Origin: Candidatus Eiseniibacteriota bacterium
Lineage (GTDB): Bacteria; Eisenbacteria; RBG-16-71-46
Length of the DNA: 64,000 nucleotides
Assembly: GCA_963717505.1 (NCBI GenBank)
Contig: OY970342.1
Coordinates: forward strand, 576,001 to 640,000
Direction of reading: 5' to 3'
A program made the translations under genes and the position numbers. Under the pieces are notes generated by a model that was not told the origin of the DNA, did not search any database, and saw nothing but the letters and a program-made list of their open reading frames with translations. Below are positions 39,739 to 48,936 of the stretch, in pieces. The stretch's first letter is position 1, and the number at the start of each line of letters is the position of its first letter.

Positions 39739-40626
39739 TCAGGCTCGCGTGAACCGTGAATCCGCCGCGCGCAGGAACTGCTCGAGCACATTCCCCGCCA
39801 CCGTCAGCCGATAGTCGCGGTCCGAGCGGATGTCGTCGATCGGCGACAAGTCGCGCGTCAGCGCCGTCCGCGCCGCCGCTGCGACCCGGCGCGACGGCTG
39901 GGCGCCGATCAGCAGCGCCTCCGCGACCGGCGCCAGCAGTGGCACCGGCGCCATGCTGCCGAACGCCAGCCGCGCGAGCACCACCCGGCCGGCGGGCTCG
40001 GCCTCGAGCAGGCCGCAGAACACCATCTTGGAAATGCTCTGGGCTCGTCGGGTCCCGACCTTGCGAAAGAACGAAAACGCGGCGCGATCGGGAATCGGCA
40101 CCGTCACCGCGGTGATCAGCTCGTCGGGCTCGATCGCGAGCTTGCGGTACCCGGTGTACAGCTCGTCGAACGGGATCTCGCGCTCGCGGCGGCGCGAGCG
40201 CACGATCACCGTTGCGTCGTGGGCCAGGAGGACCGGGAGCGAGTCCCCGGCCGGCGAGGCATTGGCGATGTTCCCGCCGATCGTGGCCCGGTGCTGGATC
40301 TGGATGCCGCCAACCTCGGCCGCGGCCGCGGCCAATGACGGTAGGGCCTTCTGGATTGCGGCGTTCAAACGGATCTGATGGAACGTGACGAGCGATCCGA
40401 GGCGAATGGCGTCGCGCCGGACCTCGATCTTCGCCAGCTCGCGCAGCGGCTGGAGGTCGAGAAAACGGCGGCCCGACTGGCTGCCGGCATTCAGGTAGAC
40501 GAAGAGATCCGTGCCACCGGCCATGGGAATCGGTCGCTGCTCGCCAGTCGCGCCGGCGAGCGCCGAGAGCGCCTGGTCGAGTGTCTTCGGCCGCACGACT
40601 TCGAGGGCCGAGAGGGCCGATCTCAT
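39739..40626 (-). CDS. Xanthine dehydrogenase family FAD-binding subunit
   Basis: AGGTDL, QIQHRATIGGNIANASPAGD, KVGTRRAQSISK and SPIDDIRS motifs; ATGA overlap with the Fe-S subunit. Confidence 0.9.
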   Translation of the reverse strand: MRSALSALEVVRPKTLDQALSALAGATGEQRPIPMAGGTDLFVYLNAGSQSGRRFLDLQPLRELAKIEVRRDAIRLGSLVTFHQIRLNAAIQKALPSLAAAAAEVGGIQIQHRATIGGNIANASPAGDSLPVLLAHDATVIVRSRRREREIPFDELYTGYRKLAIEPDELITAVTVPIPDRAAFSFFRKVGTRRAQSISKMVFCGLLEAEPAGRVVLARLAFGSMAPVPLLAPVAEALLIGAQPSRRVAAAARTALTRDLSPIDDIRSDRDYRLTVAGNVLEQFLRAADSRFTRA

Positions 40627-41273
40627 CGCGGGCGTTTCGGCGGGCTTTTCGCGCCAGAGGCGGAACGCGACGTCTTCACCCGCGAGGCCGCTCGTCGCTT
40701 CGCTGACTGCCGGGGTTTCGCCGCGACCCGACGCACGGTGACTCGGGGCTGCGCCGCGGCGCGTACCGCGTCGACGATCTTCTGATAGCCGGTGCACCGG
40801 CACAGGTTGCCGGCGATCGCTTCGCGAACTTCGTCCTCGGACGGCACGCGACCGCGCGTGCGCGCCAGCAGTTCATGCGCCGAGACCAGGATGCCCGGAG
40901 TGCAGATGCCGCATTGGGCGCCTCCCATTTCGACCATCGACTGCTGGAGCACAGAGAGCTTCCGGCCAGCCGCCAAACCTTCGACGGTCGTGATGCGCAG
41001 ACCATCCGCCTGCACCGCAGGGACCAGACACGAATTCACGCTCTGGCCGCCGAGCAGCACAGTGCACGCCCCGCACTCGCCCTCGCCGCAGCCTTCCTTG
41101 GTTCCGGTCAGGCCCAGGTCCTGGCGCAGCACGTCGAGCAGTCGCTTCATCGGCGGCACCCGCACCTGGCGCGCGCGACCGTTCACCGTCATGCGAAGTG
41201 ACACGCGCTTCCCACCTCCGGATTTCGATGGCGCAGGCGCACGGGCGCCGCTCGGCCGGGCCGCTCGTTTCAT
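40623..41273 (-). CDS. Xanthine dehydrogenase family [2Fe-2S] subunit
   Basis: GTKEGCGEGECGACTV, QCGICTPG and GNLCRCTGY motifs. Confidence 0.92.
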   Translation of the reverse strand: MKRAARPSGARAPAPSKSGGGKRVSLRMTVNGRARQVRVPPMKRLLDVLRQDLGLTGTKEGCGEGECGACTVLLGGQSVNSCLVPAVQADGLRITTVEGLAAGRKLSVLQQSMVEMGGAQCGICTPGILVSAHELLARTRGRVPSEDEVREAIAGNLCRCTGYQKIVDAVRAAAQPRVTVRRVAAKPRQSAKRRAASRVKTSRSASGAKSPPKRPR

Positions 41274-43708
41274 TCCGCGTGCTCCCGCGCCCGCAACGCT
41301 TTCAGCAGCCTCTCCGGGGTCACCGGGATCTCGTTGACCCACACGCCGGTCGCATGCGCGATCGCAGCGACCACCGCCGGCGCCGGCGTGTCCATCGGCA
41401 GCTCGCCGACGCCCTTGGCCCCGAACGGTCCGTGGCTGTAGGGCACCTCGACGATTTCGACGTCCATCGGCGGCGCGTCCATCGCCGTCGGAATGATGTA
41501 GTTGGTCAGCTGGTGGTTCCAGACCCGGCCGTTCTGCCAGCGCACGTCCTCGAGCAGCGCCCAGCCCAGACCCTGAAGCGTGCCGCCCTCGATTTGGCCC
41601 GCGGCCAGCACCGGGTGAATCGCACGACCGATGTCCTGGGCAGTCACGACTTTGACGACGCGGGTCTCGCCGGTGTCGAGGTCGACCTCGACTTCGACCG
41701 TACACGCGGCGTAGGAGAACACGCCGTAGGCGTCGCCCCGATAGTGGTCGTCGTCCCAGGCGATCTTCGGCGGTTTCCGGTAGCGCTGCTCGACGCGCAG
41801 CGGGCCGCGCTGGGCGAGAAAACGACGAGCCGTGCGTTCGAAGTCCGCGGCGTCGCGCAGCGGGCGCTCGATGAACAACTCGAGCCGTTCGCGCATCGCG
41901 TTCGCACAACGCTCGAGCAGTCCGCCGACCACCATGCAGGTGCGCGAGGCCACGGTTGGCCCGCTGTCAGGCACGAGCCCGGTGTCGGGCTCCTCGACCA
42001 CGATCCAGGCCGGCGGCACGCCGAGCCGCTCTGCCACGATCTGGGCGAACATGGTGATCGTCCCCTGGCCGATTTCGGTGTTCGCGGTCAGCACGCGCGG
42101 CCGGCCGTCGGGTGTCAGGTCGAGTGCCGCGCGCGAGTCGAGCTTGACCTCGCCGCTGCCGGTGAATCCCGAGCCGTGGTAGACCAGCGAGAATCCGAGC
42201 CCACGCCGCACGCGGCGGGCGGGCGAGGCCGAGCTGCTCGGCGGAGTTCCCAGCGCGCCCGCGGTTCCGTGCGCCATGAACGCAGATCGCGGCAATGCGC
42301 CGTTCGCGCGCCCGCGGGCAACCCGCGCCGATTCCTCCGCACGTTCGGCCGCCCGATTCGCGCATTCGCATTCGCGTCGCAGCATCTTCCACCCGCTCCG
42401 GCGTAACGTGCGCTCGAGTACCTCGTGCGCGCCCACGCTTTCAGTCAGCGTCTGGCCGGTGGGCGTGACGTCGCCGACCCGGTAGGCGTTCCTCCGGCGC
42501 AGCTCCGCGGGATCGAGATCGAGACGCGCCGCAATCCGATCCATCTGGCACTCCATGGCGAACTGGGTCTGCGGCGCGCCGAACCCGCGGAAGGCACCAT
42601 TGGGCGGCGTGTTGGTCGCCACCGCGCGCGCCCGGATCGCGACGTTCGGGCAACGGTACGGGCCACCGGCATGGATCGCGCCGCGCGAAAGCACCACCGG
42701 CGACAACGTCACGTAGGCGCCGCCGTCCATCACGATCGCGATGTCGTTCGCGACCAATGTGCCGTCGCGATCGAGACCGGAGCGAATCCGGACCCACGCC
42801 GGGTGGCGCTTGGTGGTGGCCGCGATGTCCTCGAGCCGGTCGTAGACGATCTTGACCGGACGCCGGCTCTTCCACGCCAGCAACGCGGCGTGTCCGCCGA
42901 TCATCGACGGATACTCCTCCTTGCCGCCGAACCCGCCGCCGGTGACCGTCTGGACCACACGCACCCGGTCGTCCTCGAGCCCGAAGATTCGGGTCAATGC
43001 ACGATGGACGTAGTAGGGACATTGGAGCGAGCCACGCACCAGCAGGCTGTCTTCACTCGTACGCTCGGCGAGCATGCCGTTGGTCTCGATGTAGAGCTGT
43101 TCCTGGTGCCCGCAGCGATACTCGCCTTCGACCACGACGGCGGCGGCGGCGAATCCGGCGTCGAGGTCGCCGCGCTCGATGGCGATCGACTTGAACACAT
43201 TGTCGTCACCGTAGACTTTGGCCTCCCGGGCCAGGGACGCCTCGATGGTCAGCACCGGATCGAGCGGTTGGTACTCGATACGCACCGCGCGCACCGCAGC
43301 CTCGGCGCGCTCCGGGTCCTCGTGCGCGACCAGCAGGATCGGCTCGTCGGCGTGGCGGACTTCGTTGGCCGCGAGCAACGGCTGGTCGTCGGAGATCAGC
43401 GCGACGACGTTCTCTCCGGGAATGTCCCGGTGATCCGCAACGACGACGCCCGTCCAGTCGAATGCGGGATCGCGCTCGATCCTGGTGATGCGCCCGCGCG
43501 CGATCGTCGAGCGCACCGTGCGTCCGTGGAGGACGCCGGGAACGTCGAGGTCGTCCAGGTAGCGTGCGCGGCCGGTGACCTTGTCGTGGCCTTCGAGCCG
43601 CGGCACGCTCGCTCCAACCACCGGTGGCCGCCGGACGACCGTTGCGATGGCGCGACCGGACTTCGCAGTACCGCGGACCTTGGATTGAGTGACGTTGCGG
43701 CGAACCAT
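41270..43708 (-). CDS. Xanthine dehydrogenase family molybdopterin-binding subunit (PucD-like)
   Basis: KVTGRARYLDD, QEQLYIE, GGGFGGKE, AFRGFG.PQ, EIGQG, SGPTVASR and GAKGVGE motifs. Confidence 0.92.
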   Translation of the reverse strand: MVRRNVTQSKVRGTAKSGRAIATVVRRPPVVGASVPRLEGHDKVTGRARYLDDLDVPGVLHGRTVRSTIARGRITRIERDPAFDWTGVVVADHRDIPGENVVALISDDQPLLAANEVRHADEPILLVAHEDPERAEAAVRAVRIEYQPLDPVLTIEASLAREAKVYGDDNVFKSIAIERGDLDAGFAAAAVVVEGEYRCGHQEQLYIETNGMLAERTSEDSLLVRGSLQCPYYVHRALTRIFGLEDDRVRVVQTVTGGGFGGKEEYPSMIGGHAALLAWKSRRPVKIVYDRLEDIAATTKRHPAWVRIRSGLDRDGTLVANDIAIVMDGGAYVTLSPVVLSRGAIHAGGPYRCPNVAIRARAVATNTPPNGAFRGFGAPQTQFAMECQMDRIAARLDLDPAELRRRNAYRVGDVTPTGQTLTESVGAHEVLERTLRRSGWKMLRRECECANRAAERAEESARVARGRANGALPRSAFMAHGTAGALGTPPSSSASPARRVRRGLGFSLVYHGSGFTGSGEVKLDSRAALDLTPDGRPRVLTANTEIGQGTITMFAQIVAERLGVPPAWIVVEEPDTGLVPDSGPTVASRTCMVVGGLLERCANAMRERLELFIERPLRDAADFERTARRFLAQRGPLRVEQRYRKPPKIAWDDDHYRGDAYGVFSYAACTVEVEVDLDTGETRVVKVVTAQDIGRAIHPVLAAGQIEGGTLQGLGWALLEDVRWQNGRVWNHQLTNYIIPTAMDAPPMDVEIVEVPYSHGPFGAKGVGELPMDTPAPAVVAAIAHATGVWVNEIPVTPERLLKALRAREHAE

Positions 43709-43766
43709 GAGCGGAATCTAGGACGGATTGCGTGCGGTGACCAGCGAACCGGTCGTGATTCGTCAC

Positions 43767-43804
43767 CAAAAGAGAAACGCCGGGGAGTTCTTCCCCGGCG
43801 TCTC
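43767..43804 (-). terminator. Intrinsic terminator
   Basis: Minus strand reads ACGCCGGGGA-AGAAC-TCCCCGGCGT followed by TTCTCTTTT. Confidence 0.75.
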
Positions 43805-43819
43805 GGACGACTCAGTGCG

Positions 43820-44260
43820 TCAGCGCTTGTCGCGGCCGGTACCGCTCGCCCCGCTGGCGGCGACTTGGGCGCCGCGCGCCTTCACGAGCCCCGGGGGTCC
43901 GCCATTCGGATGGTTGCGCCAGCGCTCGGGGGGAACGCGGAGCACGACCGTGGGCACGACCCGCACGTCGACTACACGATAAGGACCGGCATTCGTCGCC
44001 GAGCGATACCAGTAGCCTCGTGCGTAGAGGTACCAGGCGCCGCCGTAGCGGAACAGATCCCACTCGAAATTCCCGTCGGCGACCGCCTGGACGCGCGTTT
44101 GCCCAATGAGCACCAGCCTCGGCTCAGCGTTCAGTTCGACTCGCGGCGCCAGAGGGGCATTGGTGACACCGATGTCGAAGCCAAAGTATGTGCGATCCTC
44201 GGCGTGCGCCGCGGAAACCAGCGCCACCAGGGTCAGGATGACGAGCGTCGTGCGTCTCAT
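43820..44260 (-). CDS. Small secreted Trp/Tyr-rich hypothetical protein
   Basis: GGAGG RBS, signal peptide ending AHA, FRYGGAWYLYARGYWYR segment and PPGL.K tail. Confidence 0.75.
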   Translation of the reverse strand: MRRTTLVILTLVALVSAAHAEDRTYFGFDIGVTNAPLAPRVELNAEPRLVLIGQTRVQAVADGNFEWDLFRYGGAWYLYARGYWYRSATNAGPYRVVDVRVVPTVVLRVPPERWRNHPNGGPPGLVKARGAQVAASGASGTGRDKR

Positions 44261-44322
44261 TCGGTCCTCCCGAATCAGGCCACTTGCCGGCTACACGAGC
44301 CGGAAGCCACAGGCCCAGTGAC

Positions 44323-44337
44323 GCAGGCAACGTGCCA
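44323..44337 (-). promoter_or_regulatory. Candidate sigma54 promoter
   Basis: TGGCACGTTGCCTGC against consensus TGGCACGnnnnTTGC, about 60 nt upstream of ATG 44260. Confidence 0.55.
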
Positions 44338-44460
44338 TCGGCCGCAAAGGCCGTACTGGTGCCGACTCCGGGGCTTTTGACCCGGAAATCCCGTGCGCGG
44401 GGGGGCCTCGACTCTGCATTGCGCACGCCGAAATCGCGGTACGGGCGGAGTGCGTCGAGA

Positions 44461-44479
44461 GGGTTCGCGTCGCGAACCC
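44461..44479. promoter_or_regulatory. Perfect 19-bp inverted repeat (operator candidate)
   Basis: GGGTTCGCG-T-CGCGAACCC in a divergent intergenic region. Confidence 0.45.
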
Positions 44480-44523
44480 GATCCGAATAGAGTGACGCGC
44501 CTCTAACTGGGGAGATTGACCCC

Positions 44524-46014
44524 GTGCCCGATCTGTTGAACCCGCATTCGCTTGACGAGATTCTCGAGCGCCTGGCGCAGGCCAACCGGCGTTTCACCGA
44601 GGAACACCCGGGGGATCGTCCCGACCGCCAGCCGGTTCATACCGTGTACGGCGGTGCTCATTTATTCACGGCCGACACTGCCCCTCGACTCGGCGCCGCC
44701 GCCCTGCGCTCTTTGGAAGAATTTGCACCCGACGCCGTAATTCTTTCTCGAGCCCTGGGGCTCCCCGAAATTCCGCTTCCCTCCGGGAAGCGCGAACCAG
44801 CCGCCCGGATGAAGGGCGTGCACCCGCGACTCAACACTCCGGGATCGGGTCAGAAGCCCGCGGCCCCGACCACCCGCGCCTCGTCGTCGCCCGCCGGCCC
44901 GGCGCCCCCGGCCACCCTGGCCGAAGCGGTCTACTCGCGCGTGGTCGACAAACTCCAGATCGAACCGGTCGAGGACTTTCGCATCGACTTCGAGGATGGC
45001 TACGGCAATCGCTCGGACTCCGAGGAGGACGGCCACGCCGAAGCCGCAGCGGCCGCCGTGGCAAAGGGACTCGCCGACCGGACGTTGCCCGCGTTCATCG
45101 GCATCCGCATCAAGCCGCTCACCGACGAACTTCATCGTCGCAGCCTGCGCACGCTCGAGCGGTTCGTGACCACGCTGCTCAAGTCCAGCTCGGGTGTGCT
45201 GCCGCCGCGATTCGTCGTGACCCTGCCCAAGGTGACGGTGCCGGCGCAGGTGAGCGCCCTGGTCGAGGCGTTCGGCGTGCTCGAGCGTGGCGCTGGTCTC
45301 TTCCCCAACACCCTGCGGCTCGAGCTGATGATCGAGACGCCACAGTCGGTGATCGCGCCCAACGGCACGTTCATGATTCCGGCGCTGCTCGAAGCGGCGC
45401 ATGGCCGCTGCCGGGGACTCCACTTTGGCACCTACGACTACACCGCCGGGGTCGGCATCACCGCAATGCACCAGGTGCCTTCGCATCCTGCCTGCGACTT
45501 TGCCCGCCACGTGATGCAGGTGTGCGCCGCGGGCTCGGGCGTGACCTTGTCGGACGGCGCGACTACGGTGATGCCGGTCGCACCGCATCGTCGCGGCCCA
45601 GGGCGCGCCGCTGACCGACGCGCAGATCGACGAGAATCGCGCCGCGGTGCATCGCGCATGGAAGGTCCATTACGATGACGTACGTTCGTCTCTGCGCAAT
45701 GCTTACTATCAGGGCTGGGACTTACACCCGGCCCAGTTGCCGACCCGCTACGCCGCGGTCTACACGTTCTTTCTCGAGGCGCGCAACGAAGCGGCGACGC
45801 GCTGCGCCAGTTCATCGAGCGCGCCGCCCAGGCGACGCTGCTCGGCAACGTGTTCGACGACGCCGCGACCGGCCAGGGGCTCTTGAACTTCTTCCTGCGC
45901 GGAATCAACTGTGGCGCATTCACCGACGATGACGTGCCGGCCACCGGTCTCACGCACGACGAGTTGCAGTTGCGTTCGTTCGTGAAGATCCTGGCGCGTC
46001 GCCGCGGCGAGTGA
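44524..46014 (+). CDS. HpcH/citrate-lyase/malate-synthase-fold protein (DUF6986-like), frameshifted near 45600 and 45800
   Basis: RQPVHTVYGGAH, EDFRIDFEDGYG, TLPKV, MIETPQ, HFGTYDY and LSDGAT; then YYQGWDLHPAQLP and VFDDAATGQGLLNFF in other frames; TGA at 46012. Confidence 0.8.
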
Positions 46015-46129
46015 CGGCTCAATCGATAACGACGGGGTTGGCACGAGAGGCGTCGCACGAAATGCTCCCGAACGCTTCGAGATCTCTCTTGAAGAGCCGG
46101 ATCCGTTCGATACGAATCCTCGGCCGCCG

Positions 46130-48631
46130 TTATCGGGCGAGGACCACCTTGCGCGCACGCGTCGCCCCCAATGCCTCGAGCCGCACGAAGTAGATGCCCA
46201 TGCGAACGCGGCCGCCCGCCGCGTCGGTTCCGTCCCACGTGATCTCCTGCTCGCCCGCCGGCATTTGTCCTTCTGCCAGGCGAATGACGTGCCGGCCACC
46301 GAGATCGTAGATATCGAGCCGCACCGATCCCGCACTCGGCAACCCGAAGCGGAAACGCGTCGATGTGCTGAAGGGGTTGGGGACGCTGGGCGCGAGCGAA
46401 AGCTCCACGGGCGGCGTCGCCGCGCGGGCGCCGTCCCACCGCGCGATGTTGTACGAGGGTCGTCCGCCCGCGGTATTGAAGTGGCCGCCGATGTGGAGCT
46501 CGTCGCCCGCGGCGTGGAATGCGAGCACGTTGGCGAGCAGGGGACTTCCGACGGCGTCGAGTCCGTCACCGAGCGCCGACCATGCGGAGCCGTCCCAGCG
46601 CGCGATATGCCGGGCCGGAACGTTTCCGGCCACCATGAACCGTCCCCCCACGACGACGTCGGAGCCGAACGAGCCCACGGCGCTGACCTGATCGTCGAGG
46701 CCGGAGCCGAGCGCGCTCCACGAGCTGCCATTCCACCGGGCAACGCGATGAGCCGCGATGCCACCCGCATGGGTGAAGCGCCCGCCGACGAACAACGCGT
46801 CGTCGTGCACGACCGCCGAGCGCACCCAGTCGTCGGTTCCCGAGCCGAGCGGCCCCCACCCGCTTCCGTTCCAGCGTGCGACGTGATTCGCCTGGGCGCC
46901 TCCCGCGACGGTGAACAGCCCGCCGGCGATCAGCTCACCGCGGTAGACGAGCAGCACGTCGACCGCGTCGTTCGTACCTGCCCCGAGGGGGCTCCACGAG
47001 GTCCCGTCCCAGCGCGCAACGTTCGGGGCGGCAGTGCCCCCGGCGACGGCGAACACCCCTCCAGCGATCAACTCGCCGTCGTGGATGGCCAACGCGTCCA
47101 CCGGGCCGTCGGTCCCAGTACCGAGCGGACTCCAAACCTGACCGTCCCACCGCGCGACGTAGTTCGCGGGAACGCCTCCGATTTCGGTGAACGAGCCGGC
47201 GGCGACGAGGTCGCCCTGGTAAACGATGAGCGCGGCGACGTCGGGCGTCTCTACGCTCGAGCTGACGAACGGTTCGAACACGTTCATCCAAATGCCGTCC
47301 CACGCGCGCAGGTCGACACTCGACAGGGCGCTCGTCTGCCGGTGCGCGAGGCGCCCGCCCACGATCAGCCGGCCGTCGAACTCCGCGAAGCACGACACCC
47401 ACGACACGTAATAGTTGTCGCTCAACCCCGCGCCGAACGGGAGCCACCCGGTGCCGTCCCATGCCGCGAGATTGACGGCCATGACATCGGGCGTCATGTC
47501 GAAGAAACCCGCGGCCACGAGCAGCGTGTCGTGTGCGGCGAGCGACAGGTAGACCGGCGGGCTGGTCGTCGACTGCGTGCGTCCCGACCGCGATGGCAGC
47601 GGCGCCCACGCGGCCCCGTCCCACGTGGCGATCGCTTCGGCGGGCTGGCCGCCGGCGCTCGCGAAGTCGCCGCCCGCCACGAGACGTCCCTCGAACACGG
47701 CGAGGCCGTATGCCCGGGAGTCCACGCCCGCGCCGAGCGCGGACCACGTCGCGCCGTTCCACGCGGCGATGCCCATGGCGGGCGTTCCGCCCGCATGCGT
47801 GAACCACCCGCCGGCGACGAGCGAATCGCCGAACACCGCGAGGTCCGCCACTGTGCCCTGAATTCCTCCCGTGAGCCCGCCTCCGAGCGCTCGCCATGCC
47901 GATCCGTCCCACGCGGCGATGTTGCTCACGGCGACGCCGCCGGCCTGCGTGAACGTTCCCGCGGCAACAAGCTCGCCCCCGTACACGGCGAACGCCTGCG
48001 GCACGCCGTCGAGGCCTCCGCCCGGGAGTGCGCTCCACGCGCTGCCGTCCCACGCCGCCATGTGCGCGGCGGGCTGGAGGTCCGCCGACGTGAACGCTCC
48101 GCCCGCGATCAGCGTGCCCTGGTAGACGCCCACCGCCTGCGCTCCGTCGTCGAAGCCGAAGCCCATGGCATGCCACGCCGTGCCGTCCCAGCGCGCGACG
48201 TTCGAGACGGGAACGCCACCCGCGCGATCGAAGCTGCCCACCACGACGAGTTCGTCGTCGTAGACCGTCATGGCGACGACCACTCCGCGGAGCGAGACGT
48301 TGCTTTGAAACAGGCCAGCGCCCAGAGAACGCCAGGCGACGCCATCCCAGCGGGCGATGAAGCCAGCGGGGGTCCCGCCGATGGCGGTGAACTCGCCGCC
48401 GACGACGATTTCACCCCGAAAGGTGGCGATCGAGTAGATCGTGCCTTCGACGCCCGGCCAGCCGAAGCCGTCGGCCCATCCGTCGGCTGCCGCCGCGGGC
48501 GCCTCGAGAGCGAGACTCAGCAGCAGCGCTGCCGCGATCGCGTGGCGACGATGCGCCGTCCGCGGCGCGTGCGGACGCAACGGTGTCGGCGCGGCGGCCG
48601 GCCTGTCTTGCAGTGAGAAAGAAGAAGCCAT
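46130..48631 (-). CDS. Secreted 14-repeat beta-propeller protein with FlgD/T9SS-type C-terminal domain
   Basis: 14 copies of L..GG.F..AGG..A..(I/V)A.W(D/N)G..W..LG.G; C-terminal PNPF...IYDLGGR...WDGTD..G..V..GIYF. Confidence 0.85.
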   Translation of the reverse strand: MASSFSLQDRPAAAPTPLRPHAPRTAHRRHAIAAALLLSLALEAPAAAADGWADGFGWPGVEGTIYSIATFRGEIVVGGEFTAIGGTPAGFIARWDGVAWRSLGAGLFQSNVSLRGVVVAMTVYDDELVVVGSFDRAGGVPVSNVARWDGTAWHAMGFGFDDGAQAVGVYQGTLIAGGAFTSADLQPAAHMAAWDGSAWSALPGGGLDGVPQAFAVYGGELVAAGTFTQAGGVAVSNIAAWDGSAWRALGGGLTGGIQGTVADLAVFGDSLVAGGWFTHAGGTPAMGIAAWNGATWSALGAGVDSRAYGLAVFEGRLVAGGDFASAGGQPAEAIATWDGAAWAPLPSRSGRTQSTTSPPVYLSLAAHDTLLVAAGFFDMTPDVMAVNLAAWDGTGWLPFGAGLSDNYYVSWVSCFAEFDGRLIVGGRLAHRQTSALSSVDLRAWDGIWMNVFEPFVSSSVETPDVAALIVYQGDLVAAGSFTEIGGVPANYVARWDGQVWSPLGTGTDGPVDALAIHDGELIAGGVFAVAGGTAAPNVARWDGTSWSPLGAGTNDAVDVLLVYRGELIAGGLFTVAGGAQANHVARWNGSGWGPLGSGTDDWVRSAVVHDDALFVGGRFTHAGGIAAHRVARWNGSSWSALGSGLDDQVSAVGSFGSDVVVGGRFMVAGNVPARHIARWDGSAWSALGDGLDAVGSPLLANVLAFHAAGDELHIGGHFNTAGGRPSYNIARWDGARAATPPVELSLAPSVPNPFSTSTRFRFGLPSAGSVRLDIYDLGGRHVIRLAEGQMPAGEQEITWDGTDAAGGRVRMGIYFVRLEALGATRARKVVLAR

Positions 48632-48781
48632 CGAGGAACGATGGTCGCACAGATGGCTCGCTGGACCGGAATCGCGGCGCGATCACCTGGCTCCCGGCAT
48701 CGGCAACCCCCCGTCGGTCATCAGCACGTGGGCCCCGGTGGTCGGGGCATGACGCGGGTTCACGCCGGCGCTTTCGTGGAC

Positions 48782-48829
48782 GACACGAGTGCCCAACACC
48801 TCGAGGAACTTGGACAGCCAGGCCGGATG
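48782..48829 (-). pseudogene. Possible DJ-1/PfpI C-terminal remnant
   Basis: HPAWLSKFLEVLGTRV resembles the C-terminus (HP.WL..FL..LGT) of one PfpI subfamily; the match is short. Confidence 0.4.
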
Positions 48830-48936
48830 GGTCTCGATCGTGCCGTCAAGATCACCGCCGGAATACACCTCAATCTGTCGGCGAGCCGACCGAGCTGGCC
48901 AATGGACTGAGCGGCGGCCCCGGCGTGATGGCCCCA

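Noticed and set aside
44405-44460. Possible purine/xanthine riboswitch upstream of the lyase-fold gene
   Set aside because: Some pairing is possible (CTCGAC/GTCGAG), but I see no recognisable aptamer consensus; an Rfam/Infernal search would be needed.
46039-46056. TGGCACG as a sigma54 site
   Set aside because: No GC at the required -12 spacing, and it lies between convergent genes.
46265-48616. 783-aa plus-strand ORF, and similar long antisense ORFs such as 5908, 7357, 32895 and 42425
   Set aside because: Shadow ORFs opposite well-supported genes, as expected at this GC content.
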